From an uncultured Parvibaculum sp. (GTDB lineage Bacteria; Pseudomonadota; Alphaproteobacteria; Parvibaculales; Parvibaculaceae): a stretch of 64,000 nt of DNA. The stretch lies in assembly GCF_963975745.1 (NCBI RefSeq), contig NZ_CAXBIB010000007.1, positions 33,340 to 97,339 on the forward strand. Direction: 5' to 3'. The notes beneath the pieces are model-generated. The model had not been told where the DNA came from. It was given only the letters and a program-made list of their open reading frames with translations, and did not search any database. This document shows positions 55,701-64,000 of the stretch, in pieces. The first letter of the stretch is position 1. Every line of letters starts with the position of its first letter. The position numbers and the translations under genes are program-made.

Positions 55701-57101
55701 ATGAAGCGCTGCCAGGTTGATCATCATCTCGAAAGACCAGGGGATGACGGGGGAATGGGGAACATGCCCGACAGGGCCGATACGATAAACACCGGCACCG
55801 ACGCGGCACTGCCAGAAGTGGAGCGGCGGGACCGGACGTTGGCGGGCTTCCTGCGGCGGTCGATCTTCCGCAACCGCGTCCAGCTCCTTGGCGGGGTGCT
55901 CTTTGCCATCCTGCTGCCGCTTGTATTCCGCTTCAACCTGTTCGACGTCCCGCTGACGCAATCGAGCCTGACCAACACGATCATCGGTGCGGCAATCGCC
56001 TTGACGCTCGGCTTCTTCTTCTATCGGCGGTTGACGGACTATCCGGGCACCGAAGGCATTTCCTATGCGGTACCGGTCTTTGCCCTGACCTATGCCGGCA
56101 TCCTGGTCCTTTTCGTCTTCCTGCGCCTCGACTACAGCCGCTATCTCTTCGGCGCGAGCTATCTGATGGCAGTCATCTGGTTTACTGCCCTGTCGATCGC
56201 CATGGTGCGGCTGCGGACCTACCGGATCGGCATCGTACCGGGCGGCAGCGTCGCCAGTCTGCCCGATCCTGGTTCGGTCCGCTGGGAAAGGCTGAGCGAA
56301 CCCCGCGCCCTGCCGCACGGTCTCAATGCAGTTGTCGCCGATCTGCGCACAGATTTTTCGCCGGAATGGGAGCGTTTCATCGCCGAAACGGCGATCGCCG
56401 GAACGCCGGTCTTCCATGTCAAGCAGCTGCAGGAAACGCTGACCGGCCGCGTCGAGATCGAGCATCTCTCCGAAAACACGCTGGGCGCGCTCAACCCCAA
56501 CGACCTTTATCTGAAGATCAAGCAGGCGATCGACTGGCTGGGCGCGCTCATCGCGCTACTGGTGACCTTGCCGCTGCTGGCGGCGATCGCGGCCGTCATC
56601 CGCCTTGAATCGAAAGGGCCCGCCCTGTTCAGGCAGGCCCGGATGGGCTACCGCGGCAATGTTTTCACGGTCTACAAGTTCCGCACCATGACGACGGAAC
56701 GTGACAGTACCAGGTCGGCACGTGAGCAGGCGATGACACAGGACGCAGACCAGCGCATCACCCGTTTCGGCCGCTTCCTGCGCCGCACCAGGCTCGACGA
56801 ACTGCCGCAGATGATCAACATCCTGCGCGGCGAGATGAGCTGGATCGGCCCACGCCCGGAAGCGGTGCCGCTATCGGAATGGTATGAGCAGGAACTGCCC
56901 TTCTACCGCTACCGCCATATCGTGCGGCCGGGGATTTCGGGCTGGGCCCAGGTGATGCAGGGTCATGTGGCCGCGCCAGATCAGGTGCTTGAGAAGCTCC
57001 ATTACGACTTCTACTACATCAAGAACTTCTCGCCCTGGCTCGATCTTTTGATCGTGTTGAAGACGATCCGCACCATGCTGACGGGCTTCGGGGCGCGCTA
57101 G
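55701..57101 (+). CDS. polyprenyl glycosylphosphotransferase (exopolysaccharide/O-antigen initiating sugar transferase)
   Basis: N-terminal TM segments, then the Bac_transf block VYKFRTMTTE...DELPQMINILRGEMSWIGPRPE...GISGWAQV. The start is uncertain (ATG 55701 or a downstream ATG). Confidence 0.85.
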   Translation: MKRCQVDHHLERPGDDGGMGNMPDRADTINTGTDAALPEVERRDRTLAGFLRRSIFRNRVQLLGGVLFAILLPLVFRFNLFDVPLTQSSLTNTIIGAAIALTLGFFFYRRLTDYPGTEGISYAVPVFALTYAGILVLFVFLRLDYSRYLFGASYLMAVIWFTALSIAMVRLRTYRIGIVPGGSVASLPDPGSVRWERLSEPRALPHGLNAVVADLRTDFSPEWERFIAETAIAGTPVFHVKQLQETLTGRVEIEHLSENTLGALNPNDLYLKIKQAIDWLGALIALLVTLPLLAAIAAVIRLESKGPALFRQARMGYRGNVFTVYKFRTMTTERDSTRSAREQAMTQDADQRITRFGRFLRRTRLDELPQMINILRGEMSWIGPRPEAVPLSEWYEQELPFYRYRHIVRPGISGWAQVMQGHVAAPDQVLEKLHYDFYYIKNFSPWLDLLIVLKTIRTMLTGFGAR

Positions 57102-58339
57102 GCGGCGGAGCGCCGCGTCGCAACGTCCTGCAGAATGTCCAGCATGCGGCCCGCCAGCACCCGACGGTCATAGCGGGCGGCGGCGGCCGGCCCGTTGCCG
57201 CGAAGCCTTTGCAGGGTCTCGGGCTCCGAGACAAGCGTCCGAAGGACGCGGCAAAGATCGTCGTAATCTTCTGGTTCGAAACTCAGGCCGACCTGTTCCT
57301 GTGTCACGATCATCGCTGACTCGCCGCGCACGCCATGCAGCACCGGAATCCCCATGCCCATGCATTCGAAAAGCTTCGAGGGGATCACTGTTTCGAAAAG
57401 CGGCGTCCGGCGCAGATGGATGATCGAAGCGTCGAGCAACGACCAGTAACGCACGACCTCGTCCTTCGGCACGGTATCGACGAATATCACATTGTCGAGC
57501 CCTTCCTTGCCTGCGCGCGCAACAAGGGCGGCCTTGCTCGATCCGTCGCCCAGGAACAGGAAACGGAACCGGTCGCCATCGGGTTCTGCCCTGATCTTGC
57601 CGGCCGCATCAAGAATCGTCTCCAGCGCATGCGCCATGCCATGCGTGCCGATATAGCCGGCGACGAACTTGCCCTCGAGGCCGAGCTCGGCCGCAAGCCC
57701 CGAATCCTTTTCGCGCGGAGCAAAACGGCTGGTATCGACGCCATTGGTCACGACATGGATCTTCGCGCCGTCGATACCGCGCGCAATCAGATTGTCGCGA
57801 AAGGCATGCGTGACCGCCACGATGGCGCTCGCGCGGCGGTAGAGAAAGAGCTCGAGCTTCTCGAGGAGATCGAGCGCCCGCGAGGAGCGCATGGCACCAA
57901 CGGTACGGATCGATTCCGGCCAGATGTCGCGCAGCTCGAAAATCCAGGGCCGCCGCTTGAGCAGGGAGGTCATGAAGGCCGCGACCGCCGTGAAGAACTG
58001 CGGCGAGGTTCCGATGATGATATCGACCTTGCGCACGAAGAGCGCGGCGAAGAACGCCGACAGCATGAAACTCAGATAGTCGAGTATCCGCTTCAGAAAG
58101 CCTTCATTGGCGGTGATATAGGTCCAGACCCGGATCACGCGGATGCCGGACATCTCTTCAGCCTGCCAGAGACGGTTGCGATAGCCGCCGAATACCTCTC
58201 CCTTGGGAAAGTTCGGCACGCCGGTAATGACCGTCACCCGGTGCCCGGCCTTCACCCATTCACGGCAATGCTCGAATGTGCGGCTGGCCGGCGCATTGAC
58301 CTCGGGCGGAAAATTGTCGCTGAGAAAGAGGATATGCAT
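57098..58339 (-). CDS. family-4 glycosyltransferase, WbuB-like
   Basis: MHILFLSDNFPPEVNAPASRTFEHCREWVKAGHRVTVITGVPNFP is the WbuB/WcaI-type N-terminus. The C-terminal half is GT1/GT4-like. Confidence 0.85.
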   Translation of the reverse strand: MHILFLSDNFPPEVNAPASRTFEHCREWVKAGHRVTVITGVPNFPKGEVFGGYRNRLWQAEEMSGIRVIRVWTYITANEGFLKRILDYLSFMLSAFFAALFVRKVDIIIGTSPQFFTAVAAFMTSLLKRRPWIFELRDIWPESIRTVGAMRSSRALDLLEKLELFLYRRASAIVAVTHAFRDNLIARGIDGAKIHVVTNGVDTSRFAPREKDSGLAAELGLEGKFVAGYIGTHGMAHALETILDAAGKIRAEPDGDRFRFLFLGDGSSKAALVARAGKEGLDNVIFVDTVPKDEVVRYWSLLDASIIHLRRTPLFETVIPSKLFECMGMGIPVLHGVRGESAMIVTQEQVGLSFEPEDYDDLCRVLRTLVSEPETLQRLRGNGPAAAARYDRRVLAGRMLDILQDVATRRSAA

Positions 58340-58344
58340 GCGCC

Positions 58345-60003
58345 TCAGGACCGCCCGTCATGCCAGGCGAAGACGATCTCGCTCTGCCCGCCATGGAGAG
58401 CGACGGCGAGGCACTGGCTGGCGCAGGCCTCGCCGAAGCGCGGATGCCAGGTCGCCGGCTCGATCCGCGCCCGTCCGCGGCGGACCTGCCAGGAAAAACG
58501 CTTGCCGTTCGGGGTCAGCCCCTCGCCGGCCGAAGGATCGGATGCCGGCACAAGCGTCACCCCGGGATGAACATGAAACCGCGCCTCGGCCGGCAGGGTG
58601 CCAGTGCCGATACGGTCGCTGATGGCAAGCGAGCCGTCATCCATGCGCCAGCGCCGTTGATGCAGGGGCGCGCCGGGCAGGCGCCGATAGCCGTCATGCG
58701 TGCCCTGGGCGATCGGCGCTTCGCCCGTCGTCACCACCATATCGCGCAGCCGTGCCCGCCGGGCGACCCGGAAGCCGCCCCAGACTTCGGAGGAATCCCG
58801 GCCGTCGATGATCACCGTGTTATGGGCGGCCGTGCCGCGTTGCCGGAGGCGCTCATCGCTGTCGCCATAGCAGGAGGTTCCGGAATTGACGAGGACCCGC
58901 TCGCCGAACAGGGACAGCTCGAAACTGAGCGTATCGGCATGGGCATGACCCGGCAGATAGTCGGGGCCCACCGGGGCCATGTCGAGAAGCGCGACGGCCG
59001 GCCCGCATGAGAGCCGCGCATAGCCGCTCGCCGCGCGCCATTGCGTCGGCGGCAGGCGGTCGACCGCCTCGAAACCGAGACGCCCGGCATAGGCATCGAG
59101 TTCGGCATTGTCGGGCGCGATGCCGAAAGCCGCATCGTTGAAAAAGGAAATCCCGCCATCGGGATGGCTCATCGCATCAAGCCAGCCCCGCATCGCCTCT
59201 ATCCGTTCGCACCAGCAATCGACCTGCGTCTGCTGCGCCGGCACCAGCCCCGCCCGGTAGCAGGCGGCGATGTTGACCAGATCAAGCAGATCCTCGAGCG
59301 CCAGCGCATGATACATCGGGCTCCGCTCGAAATGGCCGCCATCGGCCAGGATCTGCTCGGGAAGCTCGCGTGCCAGGATCGCAAGGCCCGTCTCCAGCCA
59401 GCTCTCGGCCTCCGCGCCCTCGAAGAACAGACCGGCAAAGACCAGCGCCTTGGCGTTCGAGAACAGATGATTGCCGAGCAGATGATATTCGAGCCGGCGC
59501 GACAGCCAGCGCGCCTGGACGGCAAGGCTCTGCACCGCCGCCGCTGACAACATGTTGCCGGCACGCGCCCATTTGATCCAGTTGACGATCCGGAGCGAGG
59601 TCGGATAGGGCTCCCAGCCACTGCCGCGGCCGGGTGAATTCTGCGCAAGCCAGTCCGCGATCAGCGCGACATGCCAGCCGGCCCGCTCCGGTGCCCCGGT
59701 CGCATTGAGATCGTCGAAATAATGCTGGTTGTAGCGCCAGAGCTTGTCGCGGGCCGGGCCGTCCCAGCCGATTTCGGCAAGCGTGCCGGTCTCGCCGAGA
59801 AAACGGAACGCGCCGGGCCCGGCAAGGCTCGGCGCGCGCGCCGCTGGCGCGACCCAGGCACCCGAGGGCGCGCGCAGGTCCGGCGCCGGCGCGGCATCGA
59901 CCCGCGGGCGGACGAGCCGGAAGCGGACCCGGCCATAGACCTGCACAGGCCGCAAATGGCGCAGCGTGTGCCAGTAGAGAGATGCGGTCCGCAGCACGCT
60001 CAT
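58345..60003 (-). CDS. heparinase II/III-like family protein
   Basis: N-terminal LYWHTLRHLRPVQVYGR and the central block DYLPGHAHADTLSFEL match the heparinase II/III-like proteins found in glycan biosynthesis loci. ATGA overlap with wecB. Confidence 0.75.
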   Translation of the reverse strand: MSVLRTASLYWHTLRHLRPVQVYGRVRFRLVRPRVDAAPAPDLRAPSGAWVAPAARAPSLAGPGAFRFLGETGTLAEIGWDGPARDKLWRYNQHYFDDLNATGAPERAGWHVALIADWLAQNSPGRGSGWEPYPTSLRIVNWIKWARAGNMLSAAAVQSLAVQARWLSRRLEYHLLGNHLFSNAKALVFAGLFFEGAEAESWLETGLAILARELPEQILADGGHFERSPMYHALALEDLLDLVNIAACYRAGLVPAQQTQVDCWCERIEAMRGWLDAMSHPDGGISFFNDAAFGIAPDNAELDAYAGRLGFEAVDRLPPTQWRAASGYARLSCGPAVALLDMAPVGPDYLPGHAHADTLSFELSLFGERVLVNSGTSCYGDSDERLRQRGTAAHNTVIIDGRDSSEVWGGFRVARRARLRDMVVTTGEAPIAQGTHDGYRRLPGAPLHQRRWRMDDGSLAISDRIGTGTLPAEARFHVHPGVTLVPASDPSAGEGLTPNGKRFSWQVRRGRARIEPATWHPRFGEACASQCLAVALHGGQSEIVFAWHDGRS

Positions 60004-61097
60004 GCCGGCTGCAACAGCCGTTCGAGATGCTGCACGATGCGCGGACCGGTCTGGCCGTCCCAGAGTTCGGGAATGCCGCCCTTCTTCCAGTCGCCGGCAA
60101 ACAACCGGTCGAGCGCCGGCGCAAGCCGCGCCGGATCGGTGCCGATCAGCTCGTTGGTGCCGATGCTGACCGTCTCGGGCCGCTCGGTCGTGTCGCGCAA
60201 GGTGAGGCAGGGCACGCCGAGCACGGTGGTTTCCTCGGTGATGCCGCCTGAATCCGTGATCACGGCTTTCGCATGTTGGACGAGATAGTTGAACTCGAGA
60301 TAGGGCTGGGGCTCGACCAGATGAAAGCCGGCCGGCGCCGCGCCCAGCGCCTCGAGGGTCCGGGCGGTGCGCGGATGAACCGGGAAGACGACCGGCAGCC
60401 CGCGCGTCGCCGCACCGATTGCGCCCAGCAGGCGAGTGAAGGCCCCGCCCTCATCGACATTGGCCGGCCGGTGCAGCGTGACCACGAAATAGCCCCCGGC
60501 CTCAAGCCCATATGCGTCCCAGAAACCCGGCTTCTGCAACCGCGGCAGATTGGTGAGCAGCGTGTCGATCATCGTGTTGCCGACAAAGAAGAGCCGTTCG
60601 TCGCCGATGCCGGCGCGGCGCAGATTGTCGTTGGCGATTGTGCTGGTGGTGAAGAAGAAATTGCTGATGGCGTCGGTCACCATCCGGTTGATCTCCTCGG
60701 GCATGCTCCAGTCGCCCGAGCGGATGCCGGCCTCGACATGCGCGACCGGAACCTGCAGCTTCTGCGCCGCAATGGCGCAGGCCATGGTCGAGGTGACGTC
60801 GCCCACCACCAGGCAGAGCCGGCTCGGCGCCTCGATGAGCAGCTTTTCGTAGCGCGTCATGATCGCCGCCGTCTGCTCGGCCTGCGTACCGGAGCCGACC
60901 TCGAGATTGACATGCGGATCGGGAATGCCGAGCTGAGTGAAGAAATCGCCCGACATGCGCGCATCGTAATGCTGCCCGGTATGGACAAGCCGGTAGCGCA
61001 GGGGACCGCCTTCGGCCATGCGCTGGTCCAGCGCGCGAATGATCGGCGCGATCTTCATGAAATTGGGCCGCGCTCCGGCGATGATGTCGATCAGCAT
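60000..61097 (-). CDS. wecB: UDP-N-acetylglucosamine 2-epimerase (non-hydrolysing)
   Basis: ATG at 61097 gives MLIDIIAGARPNFMKIAPI. Also VHTGQHYD, HVEAGIRS and ITDSGGITEE. Confidence 0.9.
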   Translation of the reverse strand: MLIDIIAGARPNFMKIAPIIRALDQRMAEGGPLRYRLVHTGQHYDARMSGDFFTQLGIPDPHVNLEVGSGTQAEQTAAIMTRYEKLLIEAPSRLCLVVGDVTSTMACAIAAQKLQVPVAHVEAGIRSGDWSMPEEINRMVTDAISNFFFTTSTIANDNLRRAGIGDERLFFVGNTMIDTLLTNLPRLQKPGFWDAYGLEAGGYFVVTLHRPANVDEGGAFTRLLGAIGAATRGLPVVFPVHPRTARTLEALGAAPAGFHLVEPQPYLEFNYLVQHAKAVITDSGGITEETTVLGVPCLTLRDTTERPETVSIGTNELIGTDPARLAPALDRLFAGDWKKGGIPELWDGQTGPRIVQHLERLLQPA

Positions 61098-63232
61098 GAT
61101 CCGTCCGCGAGGCTCGCGGCGATCTCGATCGTCGCGCGGCTGACTTCGAAGATCTCGGCAGCCGGGATCGGCGCCGGTCCGCCCGCGCGCACCGCCTCGA
61201 CAAAGGCCTTGGCGCAAGCTCCCTGCCCCTTGTCCTGGCGCCAGAGGTTCATCCGCGAGAAGCCCTTCCAGCCCCAGCCGCGCAGGCGCCGGAAATTGTC
61301 GAGCTGCAGCACCCGGCCGGCGGCGAAGACCTCGAGCCGCTCCTTGGGGAAGCCCTTGTCGCCATTGGCGAGATAATGGATCGTGCCGACCGAGCCGTCG
61401 GCGAATTCGAGCGTGATCACCGCCTTGTCGTCCCGGATCGCAAGCGCCGGATGCCGGCCCAGCGCCACCGCGTGATGACGCAGGATCGGCGCCCCGGCGA
61501 GATGGCGCAGCAGATCGATGAAATGACAGGCCTCGCCGACGATACGGCCGCCGCCGACCGCCCGGGCTTGCGTCCAGTGATCGGCCGGAATGGCGCCGGC
61601 ATTGACCGTCATGATGAAGCTCTTGGGTTCGGCGACCTGGTCGAGCAGTGATTTGATCCTGATCGCCTGCGGCGCGAAGCGGCGGTTGAAACCGAGCATC
61701 AGCAATTGCGCAGGCCGCGCCACCGCCTCGGCCTCGATCGCCTCGAGTTCCGCCAGCGTCAGGCAGAGCGGCTTTTCGCAGAAGACATGCTTGCCGGCCC
61801 GGAACGCCGCCAGCACCTGAGCCCCATGCGCATCGTGGCGCGTGGCGATGACCACGGTGTCGACCGCCGGATCGGCCAGCGCGGCGGCGCTGTCGGTGGC
61901 GGCGGCGGCGAAGCCGTATTTGCGTCCGAAATGCACCGCGCTGACGCCGCCGGCGCTGACCACCGTCTGCAGCGAGGCGCCGGCCGCCTTGAAGGCGGGG
62001 ATCAGCACCCGGCCGGCATAATTGCCGGCGCCCAGAAAACCGACGCCGGCCTTGCCGGGCGCGGCGGCGCGGGGCCCAAGCGCAACCTGGCGCGCGGGCG
62101 GCGCTTCACGTTCCGCCGCATCGGCGCCCGGATATTGCAGCAGGATGCCGAGCGACGGCGCGCCGGACGAAAGCAGCGCATAGGCCTCGGGAGCCGCCGC
62201 GAGCGGGAAGCGATGCGAGATCAGCGGCGCGACATCGAGTGTGCCCGCCGCCATCATGTCGAGCGCCGCCTCGAAATTGCGTTGCTCGGTCCAGCGCACG
62301 AAGCCGACCGGATAATCCTGGCCGCCCTCCTCGTAAGCCGGGTCGTAGCGGCCCGGCCCGTAGGAACAGCTGACCTGGAAGCTCAACTCCTTCTCGTAGA
62401 AATCGGCCCGCGACAGCTTCAGCCCGGTGACGCCGACCAGCACGATGCGGCCGCGTTGACGGCAGATCTGCGCCGCCTGGTGCACCGGTTCGTCGCTTTT
62501 GGTCGAGGCCGTGATGATGACGGCATCGACGCCGCGCCCGCGAGAGAAGGCCTGCGCGGCGGCCAGCACATCGCCGCCGGCGCCGGGATTGACGGTCTCG
62601 GCCCCGAACTGCCGCGCTAGCGCCAGCCGCGCCTCGTTGAAATCGATGCCGAGCACGCGGCAGCCCTGCGCCTTCAGCATCTGCACGGTCAGAAGGCCGA
62701 TCAGGCCGAGCCCGGTGACGACCACGCATTCGCCGAGCGTCGGCGCGGCGAGACGGATGCCCTGCAAGCCGATCGCGGCCAGCACGGTGAAGGCGGCCTG
62801 CTCGTCGCTGACACCGTCGGGAATGCGCGCGCAGAGATTGAGAGGCACGCTGACGATTTCGGCATGGCGCCCGTTGCTGGCAACCCGGTCACCGATCGAA
62901 AAGCCCACCACGCCGGCGCCCACCTCGGCGACGCGGCCGACGTTGCAATAGCCGGGCGCCAGCGGCTGATCGAGCTTGCTCTGCACCGCCTCGAAGGTGG
63001 CGGCCAGCCCGTCGGTGCGCGCCTTGTCGAGCACCATGCGCACCTTGTCGGGCTGCTGGCGCGCCTTGTCGAACCAGTTGGCCTGGCCGAACTCGACCAG
63101 CATGCGCTCTGTGCCGGCGGAAACCAGAGAGGCCGCCGTGCGGATCAAAAGCCGCCTCGCCGCCCCGCGCGGGGCGGGTACATCGGCAAGCTCTATCGTG
63201 CCGTTCTTCAGGGACTGGAGGAGTTGTTTCAT
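61091..63232 (-). CDS. two-domain oxidoreductase: N-terminal Zn-type MDR dehydrogenase plus C-terminal Gfo/Idh/MocA
   Basis: MDR-type VVTGLGLIGLL Rossmann in the first half. Second Rossmann VGFLGAGNYAGRVLIPA plus EKPL (FCEKPLCLT) typical of Gfo/Idh/MocA. Confidence 0.8.
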   Translation of the reverse strand: MKQLLQSLKNGTIELADVPAPRGAARRLLIRTAASLVSAGTERMLVEFGQANWFDKARQQPDKVRMVLDKARTDGLAATFEAVQSKLDQPLAPGYCNVGRVAEVGAGVVGFSIGDRVASNGRHAEIVSVPLNLCARIPDGVSDEQAAFTVLAAIGLQGIRLAAPTLGECVVVTGLGLIGLLTVQMLKAQGCRVLGIDFNEARLALARQFGAETVNPGAGGDVLAAAQAFSRGRGVDAVIITASTKSDEPVHQAAQICRQRGRIVLVGVTGLKLSRADFYEKELSFQVSCSYGPGRYDPAYEEGGQDYPVGFVRWTEQRNFEAALDMMAAGTLDVAPLISHRFPLAAAPEAYALLSSGAPSLGILLQYPGADAAEREAPPARQVALGPRAAAPGKAGVGFLGAGNYAGRVLIPAFKAAGASLQTVVSAGGVSAVHFGRKYGFAAAATDSAAALADPAVDTVVIATRHDAHGAQVLAAFRAGKHVFCEKPLCLTLAELEAIEAEAVARPAQLLMLGFNRRFAPQAIRIKSLLDQVAEPKSFIMTVNAGAIPADHWTQARAVGGGRIVGEACHFIDLLRHLAGAPILRHHAVALGRHPALAIRDDKAVITLEFADGSVGTIHYLANGDKGFPKERLEVFAAGRVLQLDNFRRLRGWGWKGFSRMNLWRQDKGQGACAKAFVEAVRAGGPAPIPAAEIFEVSRATIEIAASLADGSC

Positions 63233-64000
63233 ACGAATTGCCCGGCGCGCCGCAGAAGCGCTTCTTTCTCGGTGCGGCTAGGATAATTGATCAGAACGGC
63301 ACGGTATTTTCCCTTGAACACAAACAGACTGCCAGCCGCAGCACCGACGATGCCTTCAGCTGCAAAAAGTTGTTCAATGTCCGAGAGTGACCCTGCCCCC
63401 CCAAGAAACGTGACCGGCAAACGAACACACTCGCGCAAACGCTCTACAAGCTCCATATCGTATCCCTGCATCGTGCCATCCCGATCGACCGAATTGAGAA
63501 CAATCTCGCCAGCACCAAGATCCTGCAACCGCTCAGCAAAAACAAATGGATCAAGACCTGCCCGAACCGTTGCATTGTGCGTGACGACTTCCGGTCGTCG
63601 CATCAAACCAGTATATTTGACATCGAGCACCGCAACGATGCTCTGGCTGCCGACACGCGCCGCCGCGGATGAAACGAGTTCGGGCTCATGCACCACCGCG
63701 GCGCTGAGCGCCACTTTCTCGACGCCGAGACCGATGATCCTCTCGATCTGTTCATGCGTCCTGATACCACCGCCATAGCAAAGTGGCATACGGCACTCAT
63801 TGGCGAGATTCGCAATCATGCGATAATCCGGCTCCCGTCCGAGGCGCGTCGCATCAATATCGAGGACGACGAGTTCGTCCACCTCCTTTTCATTGTAGAT
63901 GCGAACCGCATTGATCGGATCGCCGACATATTTCGGCTCCGCGAACTTGATCGTTTTCACAAGGCCCCGATCGTGGACCAGCAGACAGGGTATAAGACGT
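63229..64000 (-). CDS. HisF-like imidazole-glycerol-phosphate-synthase cyclase subunit paralogue (WbuZ-type), 5' end outside window
   Basis: CYGGGIR and GAGEIVLNSVDRDGTMQGYD blocks. The reading frame stays open upstream of the ORF-track Met to the window edge (...LIPCLLVHDRGLVKTIKF). ATGA overlap with the downstream gene. Confidence 0.8.
   Translation of the reverse strand, partial: RLIPCLLVHDRGLVKTIKFAEPKYVGDPINAVRIYNEKEVDELVVLDIDATRLGREPDYRMIANLANECRMPLCYGGGIRTHEQIERIIGLGVEKVALSAAVVHEPELVSSAAARVGSQSIVAVLDVKYTGLMRRPEVVTHNATVRAGLDPFVFAERLQDLGAGEIVLNSVDRDGTMQGYDMELVERLRECVRLPVTFLGGAGSLSDIEQLFAAEGIVGAAAGSLFVFKGKYRAVLINYPSRTEKEALLRRAGQFV

Overview
This is a high-GC, alphaproteobacterial-looking chromosome segment. 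The gene content resembles Rhizobiales, but the taxon cannot be proven from sequence alone. I support about 50 protein-coding genes and found no rRNA, tRNA or CRISPR by eye.

Layout:
- (a) 0.7-8.6 kb: a tightly coupled three-gene operon of an OmpA-family protein, a 509-aa secreted protein and a 1764-aa membrane protein. I cannot assign the last two to any family.
- (b) 8.6-16.6 kb: an oxidative catabolic block. It holds a Rieske oxygenase, a CYP153-like P450, TetR, a sulfatase, a FadB-like enzyme and a limonene-epoxide-hydrolase-like protein.
- (c) 16.6-20.6 kb: the conserved operon of circularly permuted ATP-grasp, alpha-E, transglutaminase and Anbu proteasome homologue. Its physiological role is still unknown.
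- (d) 20.7-31 kb: a murein transglycosylase, GH42 and GH4 galactosidases, a PAP2-DUF368 fusion, an MHYT histidine kinase and galT-galK.
- (e) 31-51.8 kb: surface-glycan locus 1. It contains a WbaP-like initiating transferase, a nonulosonic-acid-like cassette lacking an aminotransferase, a globin-Cache-MCP chemoreceptor, manC-gmd, galU, rmlCBDA and ugd.
- (f) 51.8-55.7 kb: a visibly AT-richer phage-like remnant. It encodes an XRE repressor, Gp157-like, Rad52-like and HGGxSTG-like proteins. It also carries a C7G13 homopolymer junction, a 15-bp coding tandem repeat and iteron-like repeats.
- (g) 55.7-64 kb: glycan locus 2, which continues off the window. It contains a second initiating transferase, a WbuB-like GT4, a heparinase II/III-like protein, wecB, a two-domain oxidoreductase and a HisF-like cyclase.

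Best candidates for something new are the orphan giant-protein operon (758-8646), the Anbu operon, the PAP2-DUF368 fusion and the globin-Cache-MCP.

All family calls rest on motifs I read in the translations. Start codons were chosen by eye, and the ORF track translates TTG/GTG starts as M. Nothing was computed or searched.
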